A stretch of 64,000 bases of DNA from an uncultured delta proteobacterium (GCA_963790475.1 CAWBOS010000010.1:1280001-1344000), one strand, 5' to 3'. Shown: positions 31,355 to 41,205, counted from the first letter of the stretch. Notes: generated by a model from the sequence alone, not told the origin. Numbers and translations are program-made.

Positions 31355-32638
31355 ATGGTAACTAAGAAAGACCGCTTCTCAGGATTTTTTTCCGAATTGG
31401 AAACCATGACCGTCGGTGAAAGACGCCGGTTTCAAAACAGGAAATTAAAGCAGATCATGGCCTACGCTTATGAAAAGTCCCCGGCGGTCAAAAAGAAATT
31501 AGACCGGGCTAAAGTCAAACCCGGGGATATTACGACTGCCAAGGATCTGGATAAACTACCCATTACCCAGAAGGCTGATTTGATCGGGCTTCAGAAAAAG
31601 AATCCTCCTTTCGGCGGCCTTAATGGGGTGCCTCCGGAAGAACTTAGCCGTATTTTTGTTTCCCCGGGGCCGATCTATGAACCGGGGGAAATAACCTATG
31701 AAGACAGCCGCTGGGCCCAAGGACTATACGCCGGCGGATTCAGGGCCGGCGATCTGTGTCAAATCACCTTTAGTTTTCATCTGGTCCCTTTTGGCTTTAT
31801 GCTGGATTCTTCGTTAAAACTTCTGGGCTGCCGTACCATCCCCGCCGGCGTCGGAAACACCGAGATCCAAGTCCAGATAATGAAAGACTTAAAAGTGACC
31901 GGATTTTTAGGAACCCCCAGCTTCCTCTTTTCCGCCTTGCAGAAAGCCAAGGAAATGGGCTTCAACCCCAAAAAAGACCTGGCCTTAGAAACGGCTTTTG
32001 TAGCCGCCGAGATGCTGCCCGAATCCCTCCGGGACAGCCTGGAATCCGAATTAGGGCTGATGGTCCGCCAGAGCTATGGAACAGCCGATATCGGCTGTCT
32101 GGGTTTTGAGTGTATCGAAAAAAACGGGATGCACTTCCCGGATGACTGTATCGTCGAGATCGTCGATCCCCGGACCGGCAAACAAGGCGGCCCCGGAGAA
32201 ATCGGAGAAGTGGTGGGTACCTGTTTTAACAAGGTCTACCCTTTGATCCGTTTCGGCAGCGGAGATCTGTCCTACTTCAGCGACGAGCCCTGCCCTTGCG
32301 GCCGGACCTCACCTCGACTGATGAAGATCGTCGGCCGGGTGGATCAAATGACCAAGGTCAAAGGCATGTTCATCCATCCCGGATTGGTGGATATAGTGGC
32401 CGCCAAATTTTCTGAAATCTGCGCCTGTCAGGTCGTCGTGACCCGAGAAGGACATCAGGACAAGATGACCTTTCGAGCTGAATTGACCCAACCCTGCCCT
32501 GACCCGAAGAAATTGACTGAGTCCCTAAAAAAAATGATCCAGGAAATCCTGCGGATCCGGGGTGAGGTTCAATTCCTTCCCAAAGGTTCATTGCCCAAGG
32601 AAGCCAAGAAGATCGAAGATAAGAGGGTTTGGGAATAG
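31355..32638 (+). CDS. Phenylacetate-CoA ligase family (PaaK-like) protein
   Basis: FVSPGPIYEP, GTPSFL, QSYGTAD, PLIRFGSGDLS, CPCGRT, GRVDQMTKVKGMFIHP. Confidence 0.88.
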   Translation: MVTKKDRFSGFFSELETMTVGERRRFQNRKLKQIMAYAYEKSPAVKKKLDRAKVKPGDITTAKDLDKLPITQKADLIGLQKKNPPFGGLNGVPPEELSRIFVSPGPIYEPGEITYEDSRWAQGLYAGGFRAGDLCQITFSFHLVPFGFMLDSSLKLLGCRTIPAGVGNTEIQVQIMKDLKVTGFLGTPSFLFSALQKAKEMGFNPKKDLALETAFVAAEMLPESLRDSLESELGLMVRQSYGTADIGCLGFECIEKNGMHFPDDCIVEIVDPRTGKQGGPGEIGEVVGTCFNKVYPLIRFGSGDLSYFSDEPCPCGRTSPRLMKIVGRVDQMTKVKGMFIHPGLVDIVAAKFSEICACQVVVTREGHQDKMTFRAELTQPCPDPKKLTESLKKMIQEILRIRGEVQFLPKGSLPKEAKKIEDKRVWE

Positions 32639-32817
32639 ATCTCGCCACTTCAGACTTATGAAAAAGAAATGAGCGGACAGGATTAACAGGATTTACATAT
32701 ACCTTGCTCAGACTCCGGAGGACCCTGAGCAACCTCGATCCGCTTCCAGCGGAAATTAAGGCTTCCTTCGCAGAACGATTCGGAAATAGGGGTTCCCCGG
32801 TTCGGGGTTGGTGAAAG

Positions 32818-32850
32818 AAAGCCCTTTCCTGCCAGAAAGGGCTTTTTTTT
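32818..32850 (+). terminator. Intrinsic terminator (possibly bidirectional)
   Basis: aaagccctttc-ctgcca-gaaagggcttt followed by a T tract. Confidence 0.8.
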
Positions 32851-32855
32851 ATTCC

Positions 32856-32884
32856 TTGACAACAGCCGGAACGAACAGTAAATT
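32856..32884 (+). promoter_or_regulatory. Sigma70-type promoter candidate for the rubrerythrin-rpoH-TPR operon
   Basis: TTGACA-N17-TAAATT. Confidence 0.5.
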
Positions 32885-33010
32885 AATGGATAACGTTTAT
32901 GCATTCAAGGGAAAAACCGCCCCAAGAACCCAAGGGCTCAAAGAAAACCCTCCGCGGAAAAATTCCTTTGACCTCAAAAAATTCGACCGCAAAAACCAGG
33001 AGGACCGACA

Positions 33011-33457
33011 TTGTCTCTTTCCACTCTTCGAGAAATCATCCAATTTGCTATCGATAAAGAAAAAGACGCCCAAACCTTTTATCGTTCCGCTGCTACGCTT
33101 TCTCAATATCCGGGAATAGCACCCTTCTTTTCAGAATTGGCGGCCGAGGAGGAAAAGCACCAAAAATTATTGGAAGAATTGCCCGATCCCATGACTCTTC
33201 CGGAGAATTCCAAAACCATTCCCGATCTGAAAATCAGCGATTACCTGGTAGATCAGAAATTTCACAAGGACATGAGATATCAAGAGGTGATGATCCTGGC
33301 CATGAAAAACGAGGAGAAATCTCTGAAGTTCTACCAGGCCTGGCAGGCCAAAGCTCAGGATCCGGCCCAGAAAAAACTATTTACCTATTTAGCCGACCAG
33401 GAGGCCGGGCATAAATATCGCCTGGAATCAATTTACGACGAAAAAATATTGGATTGA
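33011..33457 (+). CDS. Rubrerythrin/ferritin-like diiron protein
   Basis: AIDKE..A..FY, EEEKH, NEE....FY, QEAGH; TTG start after GGAGG. Confidence 0.88.
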   Translation: MSLSTLREIIQFAIDKEKDAQTFYRSAATLSQYPGIAPFFSELAAEEEKHQKLLEELPDPMTLPENSKTIPDLKISDYLVDQKFHKDMRYQEVMILAMKNEEKSLKFYQAWQAKAQDPAQKKLFTYLADQEAGHKYRLESIYDEKILD

Positions 33458-33466
33458 TATGAGGAG

Positions 33467-34414
33467 ATGAACCCCTCCCTGCCTGAAGATCCAGCGAATA
33501 CTCTCATTGAGGAGATAGAAACGGAGACCGAGCCCCTTTCAAAAGGCCCGGTAGTCCCCTATGACCCTCTCCAGCGCTATTTGTATGAGATCAATCGCTA
33601 TCCTCTTCTGACTCCGGAAGAAGAGAAGACTCTTCTTACACGCTATCAGCAAGCCCCGGACTCCGATTTGGCCTATAAGTTGATTACCTCCAATCTGCGG
33701 CTGGTGGTCAAGATCGCTATGGAATTTCAACGCTACTGGATGCAGAATTTGCTGGACCTGATCCAGGAGGGGAATATCGGGCTGATGCAGGCCATTAAAA
33801 AATTCGACCCCTTTCGAGGCATTAAGTTTTCTTATTATGCCTCTTTCTGGATCAAGGCCTACATACTCAAATTCATTATGGACAACTGGAAGCTGGTTAA
33901 AATCGGAACCACCCAGGCCCAGCGCAAACTTTTCTATAACCTAAAAAAGGAAAAAGGCCGCCTGCTGGCCTTGGGAATCGATCCGGTTCCCAAACTCCTT
34001 TCGGAAAGATTTGCCGTCAGCGAAAAAGAAATCATTGAAATGGATCAAAGGTTGGGAGAATGGGAACTCTCTCTGGATGCCCCGGTGGCCGAGGATTCAT
34101 CCGTGGATCACAAGTCCATCTTGCCCGATAAAGAAGCCTCTCCGGAAAGGGCCTTGAGCGAACTGGAATTAAAGAATATTTTCAAAACCAAACTCCAAAA
34201 TTTTCAAAAAGGGCTGAGTCCCCGGGAAAATATTATTTTTGAAAAACGGATCCTGGCCGACGAACCCCTTACCTTGCAGGAGTTGGGGGATCAATTCCAG
34301 GTTTCCCGCGAAAGGATCCGGCAGTTGGAGGAAAAACTCTTAAAAAAAGTCAAGGCCTATCTGGAAAAAGAACTCCCGGATTTAAAACCCGACTATTTAT
34401 CTGAAGCCCCTTAA
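33467..34414 (+). CDS. rpoH: RNA polymerase sigma-32 factor
   Basis: SNLRLVVKIA, DLIQEGNIGLM, RpoH-box-like QRKLFYNLK, VSRERIRQLE. Confidence 0.9.
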   Translation: MNPSLPEDPANTLIEEIETETEPLSKGPVVPYDPLQRYLYEINRYPLLTPEEEKTLLTRYQQAPDSDLAYKLITSNLRLVVKIAMEFQRYWMQNLLDLIQEGNIGLMQAIKKFDPFRGIKFSYYASFWIKAYILKFIMDNWKLVKIGTTQAQRKLFYNLKKEKGRLLALGIDPVPKLLSERFAVSEKEIIEMDQRLGEWELSLDAPVAEDSSVDHKSILPDKEASPERALSELELKNIFKTKLQNFQKGLSPRENIIFEKRILADEPLTLQELGDQFQVSRERIRQLEEKLLKKVKAYLEKELPDLKPDYLSEAP

Positions 34415-34515
34415 TAGCTGATAGCAAATAGTTTATAGCTTACAGCTTATAAAAATGGGCCTTTGCTATAAGCTATGAGCCTTGAGCTATAAGCGAATTC
34501 GTGAGCTATCAGCTA
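34413..34515. repeat. Inverted ATAGCT(G/T)/AGCTAT heptamer arrays
   Basis: atagctg atagcaa atagttt atagctt ... agctatg, agctata, agctatc. Confidence 0.7.
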
Positions 34516-34542
34516 ACTTATTTATTTGGACCAATTTCAGTA

Positions 34543-36336
34543 ATGAAAAAAAAATCTCCTGTCACTTCCCTTCTTTTCCTGACCGTGGTTATCCTTTTTC
34601 TCTTCGGGGGTTCCGGGTGTCAGGGCCGATTGCCTATTTTAAGTCCCCAACAACCCACACCGGCGCCCCCCCCGGGAAAACCCCTGTTAAAAACTCCGGA
34701 CAAGGAATCCGAAGCCTATTATCGTTTTTTACTTGGCAGTCTCTATGCCGAGGAAGAGGATAATTCCCAGGCCATAGAAGAAATCAAGAAGACCTTGGTC
34801 TTGGTGCCCGATTCCCCGTTTTTAGAATTTTCCCTGGGTCGTCTTTATCTCAAGACTTCCAAGCCCACCGAGGCCATACAACACACCCAAAAGGCTATTA
34901 CCCTGGATCCGAAATTTCAGGAGGCCTATTCCCTTTTAGCGGAGATTTATATCTCCCTGCAGAAATGGGAAGAGGCTATTAAGACCTATCAGACCCTTTA
35001 TGTTTTGAATCCCCAGGATGAAGAGGCCCTCTTTAATTTGGGAATCTTGTTCCTGCAGGTTCAAAAAGTCCCTCAGGCCGTGGAATCCTTTCAAAAATTG
35101 GTAAAAATAAATCCGCAATCCGAGAAAGGGCATTTCTTCCTGGCCAAGATCTATATGGAGATGAAACAGTACGATCGAGCCAAAACGTATTTCCAGGAAA
35201 CCATCAGGATCAACCCGAATCATCTCAATGCCTATATGGGTCTCGGCCAGGTTTATGAATTGACCGATCAACCCAAAAAAGCCCTGGCCGAGTACCAGAC
35301 CGTCCTCCAAAAGTCCCCGAAAAATTTAGAGGCCCTGGAACGGGCTGGAAATCAATGGTTAAAATTGGGAGACTGGGACCAGGGTCATACCCTTTTGGAG
35401 TCCTTAAAAATATACTCCAATCAAGATTTTGAACGACGATTCCGAATCGGGATCATCTACCTGGAAAACAAGTACCTCAACCAATCCTTTGAAGAACTCA
35501 GCCTTCTGTTGAAAGAAAAATCCGAGGACCAGAAGATTAAATATTTCCTGGCCATAGTCTTGGTGGAACAACAAAATTATAAGAAGGCCCTTGAATTTCT
35601 GACCTCCATTTCCACCCAATCGGAATATTATCCCCAGGCCCTGATCCTGCATTCTTTTATCCTGGAAAAAGAAAAAAAGTTTGAGGAGGCCATACGGCTT
35701 TTGCAGAAGGCCTTGATTATTGTCCCCAAAAAGGTAGAGATTTATCTGACCCTGGCTGCCCTTTATGAGCGGACGAACAATCTGGCGGAGGCAAAAAAAG
35801 TACTCCAGGAAGGGATTGAAATAGATCCTGATCAAGCCGAGCTCTTTTTCCGTCTTGGGGTCATTTTGGACAAAACGGGGCATAAAAGGGAAAGCATCCA
35901 GCAATTGAAATTGGCCATAAAAAAAGATCCTTTTCACGCCAACGCCTTGAATTACTTGGGTTATACCTATGCCGAGCGAGGAACTAATCTGGATGAAGCG
36001 GAAGATTTGATTAAACGGGCGCTGAAGTTTCGTCCCAACGACGGCTACATTCTGGACAGCCTGGGGTGGGTCTATTTTAAAAAGAAAAAATTTGATGAGG
36101 CTCTCATCGAACTGGAGAAGTCCTGGAAGCTGGCCCCCAATGACCCGGTCATAGGAGAACATCTGGGAGATGTCTACGCTAAAAAGGGCCTGTGGGAAAA
36201 GGCCTTGAAGGCTTATCGCCGGATATTGGAGATCAACCCGGCGGTCAAAGAGAAAGAGACCATCCTGAAAAAAATCAAAGAGGCCCAGCAAAAACTGGAG
36301 GACGAAAAAGGGGGGGTAGAAAATTCGAATTTATAA
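34543..36336 (+). CDS. TPR-repeat (lipo)protein
   Basis: Signal peptide with SGC lipobox-like motif, many TPRs, ALNYLGYTYAE and YILDSLGWVYF; likely start MKKKSP at 34543. Confidence 0.88.
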   Translation: MKKKSPVTSLLFLTVVILFLFGGSGCQGRLPILSPQQPTPAPPPGKPLLKTPDKESEAYYRFLLGSLYAEEEDNSQAIEEIKKTLVLVPDSPFLEFSLGRLYLKTSKPTEAIQHTQKAITLDPKFQEAYSLLAEIYISLQKWEEAIKTYQTLYVLNPQDEEALFNLGILFLQVQKVPQAVESFQKLVKINPQSEKGHFFLAKIYMEMKQYDRAKTYFQETIRINPNHLNAYMGLGQVYELTDQPKKALAEYQTVLQKSPKNLEALERAGNQWLKLGDWDQGHTLLESLKIYSNQDFERRFRIGIIYLENKYLNQSFEELSLLLKEKSEDQKIKYFLAIVLVEQQNYKKALEFLTSISTQSEYYPQALILHSFILEKEKKFEEAIRLLQKALIIVPKKVEIYLTLAALYERTNNLAEAKKVLQEGIEIDPDQAELFFRLGVILDKTGHKRESIQQLKLAIKKDPFHANALNYLGYTYAERGTNLDEAEDLIKRALKFRPNDGYILDSLGWVYFKKKKFDEALIELEKSWKLAPNDPVIGEHLGDVYAKKGLWEKALKAYRRILEINPAVKEKETILKKIKEAQQKLEDEKGGVENSNL

Positions 36337-36355
36337 GCTTCTTTTTTCCTCATTT

Positions 36356-37129
36356 ATGCTGACATTTTTCCTGCCGATAGCTGCCCTGGCGTCTGCTCCA
36401 AGTCTGCCACTTCCTCTCAATGCCGACACTATCAAAAAAAATGATTCCGCTCTTGAGACGCTGATCGACCGTTTGGGCGTGCTCGATGACCCTGTTTCCC
36501 GGGAGGGGGCGGGTACTATCGTCGTCCAGTCCCCGGGAGAAAGATACCGGTTTCAATTTCGTCTGATCGCCCGCGGACCCGAGGCCTTACGCATGGAAAT
36601 ATTCGATCCTTTCGGACGGTCCATGCTCTATCTCATTTCTTATCAAGGGGAAGTCCGTTTGTTTTCCATTCCCCAAAAAAAAGAAATCCCTTTCAACCTG
36701 CCCGCCTTAGGCCCGTGGTCCGCTTTCCCGCAAATACCCTTCGTAGAAATGTTAAAAATATTTTGGGGACGTGTCCCCCTTTTCCCTTATCAGACGAACC
36801 AAACCGTTATAGACCTGGAAAAGAAAAATAGATCGATAAAGCTCTCGCTTCTTGGATCTGTTCAACAAGAGTTATGGATGACCCCCAATCCTTTTACATT
36901 GACTCAATCGCGCATAACCAATCCTTCCAATAAAGAGCAAGTTGAGATAGTCTTTTCTAATTTTTCCGAAGCAACCGGGAACCATACCCCGATGCGTTGT
37001 GAAATCAAGGATGAAACCGGGGAACATGTGCTAACCATCCGTTATGAAACCCTGGTCCCCCGACCGGACATTACTGATGAAATTTTCAAATTACCTGAAT
37101 TCTCCGATTCCCAACCCTCCGCTAGATAA
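36356..37129 (+). CDS. LolB/DUF4292-like exported protein
   Basis: LRMEIFDPFG motif, C-terminal '..EIFKLP', and position after the TPR gene. Confidence 0.6.
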   Translation: MLTFFLPIAALASAPSLPLPLNADTIKKNDSALETLIDRLGVLDDPVSREGAGTIVVQSPGERYRFQFRLIARGPEALRMEIFDPFGRSMLYLISYQGEVRLFSIPQKKEIPFNLPALGPWSAFPQIPFVEMLKIFWGRVPLFPYQTNQTVIDLEKKNRSIKLSLLGSVQQELWMTPNPFTLTQSRITNPSNKEQVEIVFSNFSEATGNHTPMRCEIKDETGEHVLTIRYETLVPRPDITDEIFKLPEFSDSQPSAR

Positions 37130-37560
37130 AACCGACCAAGGATGAAACACTCAACGATTGCCGGGTTACCAGCAAGCTCATAAACCCTGCGAAACAGGCA
37201 AAAACCGGCGCCGCCATGGTAATCATGACATTTCGTACTGATCGGTACAACAAAAACAATACGGTCAGGATCAGGAACAAGGAAATGGGGATGGAGACCA
37301 TGAACCGGCCGAAGGATTCCTGCATCTCATTAAACATACCACTCCACACCATAAAATATCCCTCGGGCAATTTGATTTTCGAAATCTCCTTTTGAGCCCG
37401 TTTGACGGCCCCTCCCAGGTCTTTGGAGGGTACGGAGAACTTGATGGGGATGAACCTTCTGAAATCTTCACGGTAGATAAAAGAAGCCCCGGTATCGAAA
37501 TGGATATTGGCCAGACGGGAAAGGGGCACCAGTCCGCCGCCGGGAAGGGCGATTGGGATC
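37122..37560 (-). pseudogene. Internal fragment of a CusA/CzcA heavy-metal RND efflux pump
   Basis: IPIALPGGGLVPLSRLANI..GASFIYRE..DLGGAV..KLPEGY..WSGMF..LSVSSLVGFI; about 145 aa of a roughly 1000-aa family; no proper start. Confidence 0.8.
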
Positions 37561-37826
37561 TCTTAGAGAAAGTTTGAAGGATGCCAGCCTTCAGAAGATT
37601 TAGAGAAAATATTTTTAAGGTATTTTTTGATGGCAGTCACGGAGCGATAATTTCTCATATTCAGGTTCCAACCCTCATCTTTGATAGAATGAAGTCACCC
37701 GATTTGTTTTTTTCTCTCATCTTCAATAGTTACCAATTCTTAATCCCGAAAAAGTCAAACCTTGAAGTCCCTTGGCAAGACCGGGAATCTACCTAAATGA
37801 AATTATGGAGTTAGGAAGAGGGATAT

Positions 37827-38123
37827 TTAGATGGAAATTCCGGATTGGGGCGGTCCTCGGTAAGAGAGGTTGGGATAAAAGGCTGACCCTTCAAAATAAA
37901 ATTTCTTCTCGATCCAAAATGTATAAATTTTATTGAGATCGACTTCGGTAATAGCCGAGAACTGGCTGATGGCCGAGGATAATGATTTCTTTAATGAACA
38001 GAGGGGACAGGTATTGCTGGAGGCAATTTGATGCGGATCAAAGGCAACGTAAACCACGGAAAATAAAAGATACACAGTGAAAAACAGCAAAAATATTTTA
38101 GGCAGGTATTTTCTCGGAAACAT
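37827..38123 (-). CDS. DUF2946-like small protein (N-terminal TM/signal, CPLC, C-terminal RGPP)
   Basis: Hydrophobic N-terminus, H..CPLC, LSYRGPP near the C-terminus; GAGG RBS. Confidence 0.7.
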   Translation of the reverse strand: MFPRKYLPKIFLLFFTVYLLFSVVYVAFDPHQIASSNTCPLCSLKKSLSSAISQFSAITEVDLNKIYTFWIEKKFYFEGSAFYPNLSYRGPPQSGISI

Positions 38124-38287
38124 GACCTCGACTCTATCGGTATTCGCAGATGCTATTTTCCCGTATCTTCAATGGGACATCAGATGGTTGGACGATTTTT
38201 TTACGATCATGCCTGGTTTTATGATTGTGTTTGATTCAAAAAATTCTTTTAAAAAATAACCCTCCTAACTTACTATTATTGATAAGG

Positions 38288-38316
38288 ATTATAATTCAAG
38301 GAAACTTTTTTGTCAA
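38288..38316 (-). promoter_or_regulatory. Consensus sigma70 promoter upstream of the DUF2946-like gene
   Basis: Minus strand TTGACA-N17-TATAAT, a perfect consensus match. Confidence 0.75.
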
Positions 38317-38540
38317 GAAAATATCATAATAAATTTAGGTGAGAACGGGCCTCACGATTCCTTATGATAAATTGACCTGCCTTGGAAGTTGCTTCGGAAA
38401 GGTGAATTAATAAAAGGTAGACAGGCCCATAAACTTGGATTAGATTTCAGAATATTGCTTTGAGAACCTTTGAGGCATAATCTGAAAAATGAGCCACAGC
38501 GGTCCTGGACCGTTGGTGGATAAAATAACTTTTTAACTCC

Positions 38541-39734
38541 ATGAAACCCTGGCAGCAAAATCTTTACAGCCTCTGGCTGGCCCAATTGATTGCGGCGCTC
38601 GGCTTGAGCATGATCATCCCCTTTCTCCCCTTTTACCTGCGCGACCTCGGCGTTTCGGGAAAACAGGCCGTCAAAATCTGGAGCGGGTTTATCTATTCGG
38701 CCCCTTTCATGATCTCCGCCTTCATGCAGCCGGTCTGGGGGTTGTTGGGGGACCGGAAAGGCCGAAAACCTATGGTGGTCAGGGCCATGGTCGCTTTGTC
38801 CCTGGCCAATTTCCTGATGGGCTTTGCCAGGAGCGCTCCACAGCTTTTAATTCTCCGATTTTTACAGGGAAGTCTTTCCGGTTTCGTTGCCCCGTCTCTG
38901 GCCCTGATGGCCTCTTGCGCGCCGGAAGAAAAGACCGGCCACGCCTTGGGCACCCTGCAATCCTCCCTGGTGACCGGTATGATTGCCGGACCTCTCTTGG
39001 GCGGAGTGTTGGCCCATTTTGTGGGCTACCGGCCTCTCTTTTTCGGAACGGCCTTTTTCTGTCTTACCGGCGCAATCATTGTCATCTACTTTGTGAAGGA
39101 AGATTTCGTGCGTCAAGAGAAAAAAGACCGATCCAGTATAAGCCAGAATGTTGGCTTTGTCCTTCATTCTCCGGAACTGCGAGGATTGCTGTTTCTGTTG
39201 ATCCTGGTTCAGTTGTCGACGGTGATTGTCGCTCCCTTCCTAAGTCTTTACGTGGAATACTTAAAAGTCCTTCCAACACAAGTCGGTCTGATGACCGGGG
39301 TCGTTTTCGGTATTACCGGGATAACCAATGCCATCTTTGCCCCCATTTGGGGTAAAAGATCGGATCGGATCGGTTCCGGTAAAATTCTCCGCCGTTCGCT
39401 GCTGGGGATAACCCTGTTCTCCTTTCCCCAGGCTTTTGCCACCAACATCTATCAGTTATTGATCCTCCGCGGCGGATTAGGTGTCTTTTTTTCCGGGGTG
39501 ATCCCGACCATCAATACCATTGTCCGGCGTTCGACCCCTCAAAATAATCAAGGAGGAATTTTTGGAATCTTTCAAAGCGGCCTTCTGCTTGGAAATATGA
39601 TCGGTCCTTTGATCGGGGGGGTCTTGTCCGCTTCACTGGGGTTACGATCGATATTCTTGATTAGTACCGGGATTTTTTGCCTGGCTTTACTTTGGGAAAG
39701 AATTTTAGGGAGAAAGACCCCTGATCAATTCTAG
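38541..39734 (+). CDS. MFS transporter (DHA1/MdtG-like)
   Basis: WGLLGDRKGRKPM motif A, LRFLQG, GPLLGG; about 12 TMs. Confidence 0.92.
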   Translation: MKPWQQNLYSLWLAQLIAALGLSMIIPFLPFYLRDLGVSGKQAVKIWSGFIYSAPFMISAFMQPVWGLLGDRKGRKPMVVRAMVALSLANFLMGFARSAPQLLILRFLQGSLSGFVAPSLALMASCAPEEKTGHALGTLQSSLVTGMIAGPLLGGVLAHFVGYRPLFFGTAFFCLTGAIIVIYFVKEDFVRQEKKDRSSISQNVGFVLHSPELRGLLFLLILVQLSTVIVAPFLSLYVEYLKVLPTQVGLMTGVVFGITGITNAIFAPIWGKRSDRIGSGKILRRSLLGITLFSFPQAFATNIYQLLILRGGLGVFFSGVIPTINTIVRRSTPQNNQGGIFGIFQSGLLLGNMIGPLIGGVLSASLGLRSIFLISTGIFCLALLWERILGRKTPDQF

Positions 39735-39820
39735 CAGCCGATAGGTTTTCCCTAAACTATTTTGGTATAATATTGCTCATCGGCGATTGATGCAAAAAAG
39801 GAGGCTTCAAATCTTTACTG

Positions 39821-40303
39821 ATGCGTTTCTGGATTGCCCCTCATCTGGCCTTTTTGGTCCAATGGCTTCGGGTCCTGGGAGTGGATGTCCGACTCTGGGA
39901 CAAGGGAGTGATTCTTGATCCGGAAGAAGAAACGATCACTCAATGGGATCGTTATCCCCTGCCCCTGGAAGGGACCCCGATCAAGAAAATCACCCTCTCT
40001 TCATCGACCAGGGATACCCTTTTAAAAGAATTTTTTGAGGTCACCGGCATCCAACCCAGCTTGTCTCAAATGTTCAAACGCTGCCTCCGCTGCAACAGCC
40101 TATTGATTGCCTTAAGTCCTGAAGAGGCCAAAAACAAATGGCCCGACTTACCTCCCTACGTGTTCCAAACCCAGAAACAGTTCAACTGGTGTGATCATTG
40201 CCAACAACTCTTCTGGGCCGGAACCCACGTCCGGAACATGATCCGGACCCTGGAAGACTGGAAGGTCATCTCTTATCCGAGCCGGAAGGAAAATAGTATT
40301 TGA
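39821..40303 (+). CDS. Mut7-C RNase-domain (DUF82) protein
   Basis: WLRVLGVD, RCLRCN, CDHCQQLFWAGTH. Confidence 0.82.
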   Translation: MRFWIAPHLAFLVQWLRVLGVDVRLWDKGVILDPEEETITQWDRYPLPLEGTPIKKITLSSSTRDTLLKEFFEVTGIQPSLSQMFKRCLRCNSLLIALSPEEAKNKWPDLPPYVFQTQKQFNWCDHCQQLFWAGTHVRNMIRTLEDWKVISYPSRKENSI

Positions 40304-40353
40304 CAGGATTGACCGAGCGAACAAAATCAATTTCGCATTTTCAGATTTTTTTT

Positions 40354-40382
40354 TTGACGAATAGAACGGGAAAGGGTAATAT
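40354..40382 (+). promoter_or_regulatory. Sigma70-type promoter candidate
   Basis: TTGACG-N17-TAATAT upstream of the AAGGAGG RBS. Confidence 0.55.
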
Positions 40383-40413
40383 ACGCCAACTCAATCAAAT
40401 AAGGAGGTTGACC

Positions 40414-41205
40414 ATGAGCTATGAATTGATCAAGGTAGAAAAGAAGGATCATGTGACCATCGTAACGATTAATCGTCCGGAAGTAATGAATTCCATCAGC
40501 CCCCCGACCAGTGCGGAAATGGATAAGGCCTTTAATGAATTCGACCAGGACCCCGAGGCCTGGATCTGCATCATCACCGGAGCGGGAGAAAAGGCTTTTT
40601 CAGCCGGTAACGACCTGAAGTATCAAGCCACACATGGGTCGGAGAAGATGCGTGAGATCATGAAAGGGGTTAAAGGCGGTTTCGCCGGGATTACCCGGAG
40701 AATGGATTGTTTTAAACCTTTTATAGCCGCCGTAAATGGATTGGCCCTGGGTGGTGGGTTCGAGATCGCCCTGGCCTGCGATATCATCATCGCCTCGGAA
40801 AATGCTTTTTTTGGTCTGCCGGAACCCCGCGTCGGATTGATACCCGGTGCCGGCGGAGTGCATCGTCTTCCAAGGCAGATCCCCTATCATGCGGCCATGA
40901 GTATGATCCTGACCTCAAAACGGATTACCCCCCAGGAAGCCCTGCAACTTGGAATCGTTTCTGAAATAGTCCCCCTGGCCAACCTTCTGCCGACGGCCGA
41001 AAAATACGCCGCTGAAATTTTGAAGGCCGCTCCTTTGTGCATCCGGGCCTGCAAGGAGGCCACAATTAAAGGGATGACCGTTACTCTGGAGGAGGCCATG
41101 GCTACTACCTATCCGGGACAGGTGGCCATGTATCAGTCCGAAGATTTCATCGAAGGACCTAAGGCCTTTGCCGAAAAACGTCCTCCGCAATGGAAAGGAA
41201 GATAA
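40414..41205 (+). CDS. Enoyl-CoA hydratase/isomerase (crotonase) family
   Basis: FSAGNDL, AVNGLALGGGFE, FGLPEPRVG, AFAEKRPPQWKG; likely start MSYELIK at 40414. Confidence 0.93.
   Translation: MSYELIKVEKKDHVTIVTINRPEVMNSISPPTSAEMDKAFNEFDQDPEAWICIITGAGEKAFSAGNDLKYQATHGSEKMREIMKGVKGGFAGITRRMDCFKPFIAAVNGLALGGGFEIALACDIIIASENAFFGLPEPRVGLIPGAGGVHRLPRQIPYHAAMSMILTSKRITPQEALQLGIVSEIVPLANLLPTAEKYAAEILKAAPLCIRACKEATIKGMTVTLEEAMATTYPGQVAMYQSEDFIEGPKAFAEKRPPQWKGR

Noticed and set aside
27944-34515. Short repeats considered as a CRISPR array
   Set aside because: Units are 7-mers or isolated hairpins with no repeat-spacer periodicity, and there are no cas genes
35404-36291. 295-aa antisense ORF, and similar long antisense ORFs at 45302-46162, 52810-53514 and 50583-51173
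   Set aside because: They lie entirely opposite well-supported genes and carry no motifs; these are shadow ORFs
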